A stretch of DNA of 64,000 nucleotides. Source: Squalus acanthias (lineage: Eukaryota). Position numbers and translations under genes: made by a program. The first letter of the stretch is position 1. Each line of letters begins with the position of its first letter. The DNA lies in assembly GCA_030390025.1 (NCBI GenBank), contig CM059432.1, positions 61,692,001 to 61,756,000 of the forward strand, given 5' to 3'. Positions 61,047-64,000 of the stretch are shown piece after piece. The notes under the pieces were generated by a model, which did no database searches, was not told the origin of the DNA, and saw nothing but the letters and a program-made list of their open reading frames with translations.

Positions 61047-62369
61047 GTAAGTATATATTGACCTTTTAGGCTTTAAGAATGAATTTTCCATGCTCTTATT
61101 GTGTGTTTTTTAGGTTATTCTCTTAACAGCTTAAAGGATGATACACTGTAGAATGGATCTTTTTTCCAGATATATTCTTCACAGGTAAGCCTTGGACAGT
61201 TGCCAAATTTGGTAACAGCATAGCATCTCTGATTACTATCCGTGTTTCCTATTTGTGTTAGAAACTTGTGCTGTAAATACCTGGTCAAGCAATAGCTCAA
61301 TGATGAGTTGCTTTATATTTTGAATTTTATTGTATCTTCTCAATGTATTCTTCTTTATTAAATTATAAAATGTGAAAGATGTGAATGTTAAAAAATATGA
61401 AAATACTTACATAGCTATCTTTCACCTACATGCATCTTTTCACTATCTTTAGAATTCTGATGAAGGGTCTTTGTTCAAAAGAATAACCTGTCTCATCTCT
61501 TTTAAGACACTAACAGACTTGATGTGTATTTCCAGTATTATTACCTACTTTGCTCGATTTCATTTTTTTCATGTTTATCGGATGGGAGACTATTTTGTTA
61601 GTCAGGCCTTTGTAAAGATCTGTAGATATATAATGTTAATGGCTTGAAGTGAACTGCTGCAAAAGTAATTAAGAAAAATAAACACATTGGTCTGGGTTAA
61701 ATAGTAAATTTAGTTTGAATTGTTTACTGTCACTAGTTTTTTTGGAAACATTTATGTTTCCAGGTTGACAACAGAATTGATCCAACATTCCTCACTTTTT
61801 TCAACATATCTGAGGCTTGCAATTGGTGCAACTGTATCTTGTGGCCTGGAAATTGGAGCAGATGCCATTTCCATCAGGTTTCTGCCCCAAAATCGATGCA
61901 CGCAAGTTTGAAATCTTGGTTTGTCCCGTCCCGTGATCCGCCCACCAAGTCCCCACAGAGCTAATTTAAATAAATGTAAATAAGGGTCAGTGAGGTAGCG
62001 CGTGTTACACTCTTAATGGATTGGGGTACTTAGAACAGCATTTATAAGGTGTACCTGTTGCCAGGATCAGCTGAAACTGGCAGAAATGAGGACTTTTTAA
62101 GCCTGGAGAGTACAGAAACTTTGTCTATGGATTACTGGAGCTTAAAAGAATTTTTGGAGTGGTTCTTTTTTGATTTTCATCTAGCCAGTGCTGGACTTGG
62201 GATCTCCAGGCTAATTTTGCCCCCATCCATCGTGAGAGGTTCACTGGACTAAGTACGGAATTCCCAATGGACGTTCCTTTGTTAGCCATTATAATGGAGG
62301 TGGAGGTGCAGCAGAAGAGTGTGGAAGAAAGGAGAGTGAGGTATTGGAGGATGTGCCCTTCAAGATATG

Positions 62370-62376
<7 letters not shown>

Positions 62377-62418
<42 letters not shown>
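62377..62418. repeat. (CA)21 microsatellite
   Basis: Direct reading. Confidence 0.97.
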
Positions 62419-62420
<2 letters not shown>

Positions 62421-62646
62421 GAATTTACAGGCTACACCAATCCTTAGTAAGGTCCTCTGTGTTTGAGGAATTGTTTCATCATACGGGCTATAGGAGAACT
62501 GCACCAGCTACTACATAAAGACCTGTGGCAATGTCTAATCTACCTGCCCAGTTCTGTCTATGGCTGTGAATGTCACGAGCTCACTCAACTTTTATGCCAC
62601 CAGGCCATTTCAGGCAGCCATGGTGGATCCGCGCTATATCAGCCAG

Positions 62647-62946
62647 GATACCATTTGGGCACGCCTTCATCAGGTAACTGACACCATTTGGGCCGCCTTC
62701 ATCAGGTAACTGATACCATTTGAGCACACCTTCATCAGGTAACTGATACCATTTGGGCACACCTTCATCAGGTAACTGATACCATTTGGGCACACCTTCA
62801 TCAGGTAACTGATACCATTTGGGCACACCTTCATCAGGTAACTGATACCATTTGGGCCGCCTTCATCAGGTAACTGACACCATTTGGGCCGCCTTCATCA
62901 GGTAACTGACACCATTTGGGCACACCTTCATCAGGTAACTGACACC
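62647..62946 (+). repeat. 33/32-bp minisatellite, 9 units (GATACCATTTGGGCACACCTTCATCAGGTAACT)
   Basis: Six 33-bp and three 32-bp units followed by a terminal GACACC. Confidence 0.97.
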
Positions 62947-63621
62947 TTTGTCAGACTTGTGAATCTTACGAGCAGGTACAAAACAACTTCGGTGTTAATA
63001 GACCAAATTCGTAATTGTCATGGCAACCTAGGGAGCTTTAAACAGTAAGCATGATATTAAACAGGCTTCCTTTCAACATAGAGTAGAATATTGTTTATAA
63101 ATAAATGGTAAATACTGTAGTTTAGATTTTAAAATAATTAATGCAAAACATTATACTCTAGTTTTGCCATGACAGCAAACTTATTTAGATGCATGTGATG
63201 TAAGTTTTTCCAACAAATTAATAATGGTTTATTCTATTAGCTTTTATTCTTTATACTCCACTGTGTAGAAGATGAGAGGAACATTGAGTATCTTTTGATT
63301 GTAAGCATTGAACAATCTTTTTGTATTTATACAAAGATGCAGATGACACATATAAATGTGCTTCCATTAGGTGATAATAGGTGACCCACCTGAACTGTGC
63401 TAGGGTATTGATAGGCGGGTCTCTTTGATCATCCTATTCTATTCCCTGATACAGTACAGTTAGAGTCTTCTTTAGTATTTCTGTTGTTTTTTGAGTCCCT
63501 GACTTGTGTTTTGATATGCATCTTTTAGCATTCACTGACCAGCTCAAAATACTAACAGTCCATTGCCAGTGATATGTTGAAGGAAGTGAGTAGCTAACAG
63601 TCCTTCAAGGATTTTAACATT

Positions 63622-64000
63622 GGGCTCAGTTGGTAAATGCATTCTGTGGTGTGGTACTCAGTTGTATAAACCAAGAATGTTTCAGGTTTGATCCCTAGTT
63701 ATTGATGCATTAAACTGATCTTGGGCAGGATACCAGTGTGGTGGTAAAATGGCCCTGTGTTCCCCAAGTCTGAGGAGAAAAATCAGACACTGGTTCCCGC
63801 TCCTGGTTGCTATTCAGTTACCCATACTGTTGGGAGAGGTCAAGATCGCTCGGTTGTGATGCCCTCAACAGTCAAACAGTCTGCTAATATGCACTGTCTA
63901 ATTTTTCATATGAGGAATGATCACTTGAAAAAGTACTGAAGGGCTGTTGGCACCCATGGAAATGTATCCCAATGTGCGACACTACCTTCAGGAGACAGGA
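63622..64000 (+). mobile_element. Old tRNA-derived SINE
   Basis: A-box-like GGGCTCAGTTGGTAA and B-box-like GGTTTGATCCC; body homologous to minus-strand fragments at 32700 and 58380. Confidence 0.55.

Larger units (their letters stand above)
61843..62970 (+). mobile_element. Truncated Harbinger element with degenerate transposase (HARBI1-like) N-terminus
   Basis: Starts GGCCTGGAAATTG. Frames read RIYRLHQS, IGELHQLLHKDL and LSMAVNVTSSLNFYATRPFQAAMVDPRYISQDTIWARLHQVTD, resembling the Harbinger transposase HTH region (..VTxALNFYAxGSFQ...ISQ...VTDAL). Confidence 0.7.

Noticed and set aside
62647..62946. CRISPR-like array or repeat protein (ORF 62581-62826, PKWYQLPDEGV repeats)
   Set aside because: No spacers; the ORF is the antisense reading of a minisatellite.
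61047..64000. DTNA 9-nt alternative microexon (DTW) or next coding exon
   Set aside because: No convincing AG-9nt-GT with suitable coding found (TGATAC-like words near 61139, 63447 and 63570 lack proper splice sites); the next exon is probably beyond the window.

Overview
Eukaryotic (vertebrate) genomic DNA; the repeat families suggest a cartilaginous fish (shark-like), which is an inference. The whole window lies inside one + strand gene, dystrobrevin alpha (DTNA). Six consecutive internal coding exons (554-767, 16506-16591, 34582-34736, 51757-51862, 53086-53252, 60922-61046) have GT-AG ends and splice into one open frame covering the EF-hand region, the ZZ zinc finger and the following linker; start and stop codons lie outside the window. 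The introns are packed with transposons: CR1 LINEs (one full-length with a ~53-copy 43-bp 5' array), a second LINE family with a tRNA-like head, L2 and SINE remnants, a hAT MITE, and many PIF/Harbinger elements (3-bp TSDs, Myb/SANT-like gene remnants, one transposase remnant). Best candidates for something new: (1) an ORF1-less LINE with a tRNA-like Pol III promoter head and no sense-strand TTTT terminator over ~3.3 kb; (2) the CR1 5' monomer array with higher-order structure; (3) a four-level TE nest; (4) two locally templated insertions; (5) a shared palindromic Harbinger target motif. No prokaryotic features, CRISPR arrays or true RNA genes are supported. Boundaries of old repeats are approximate, and family names are from memory, not database searches.
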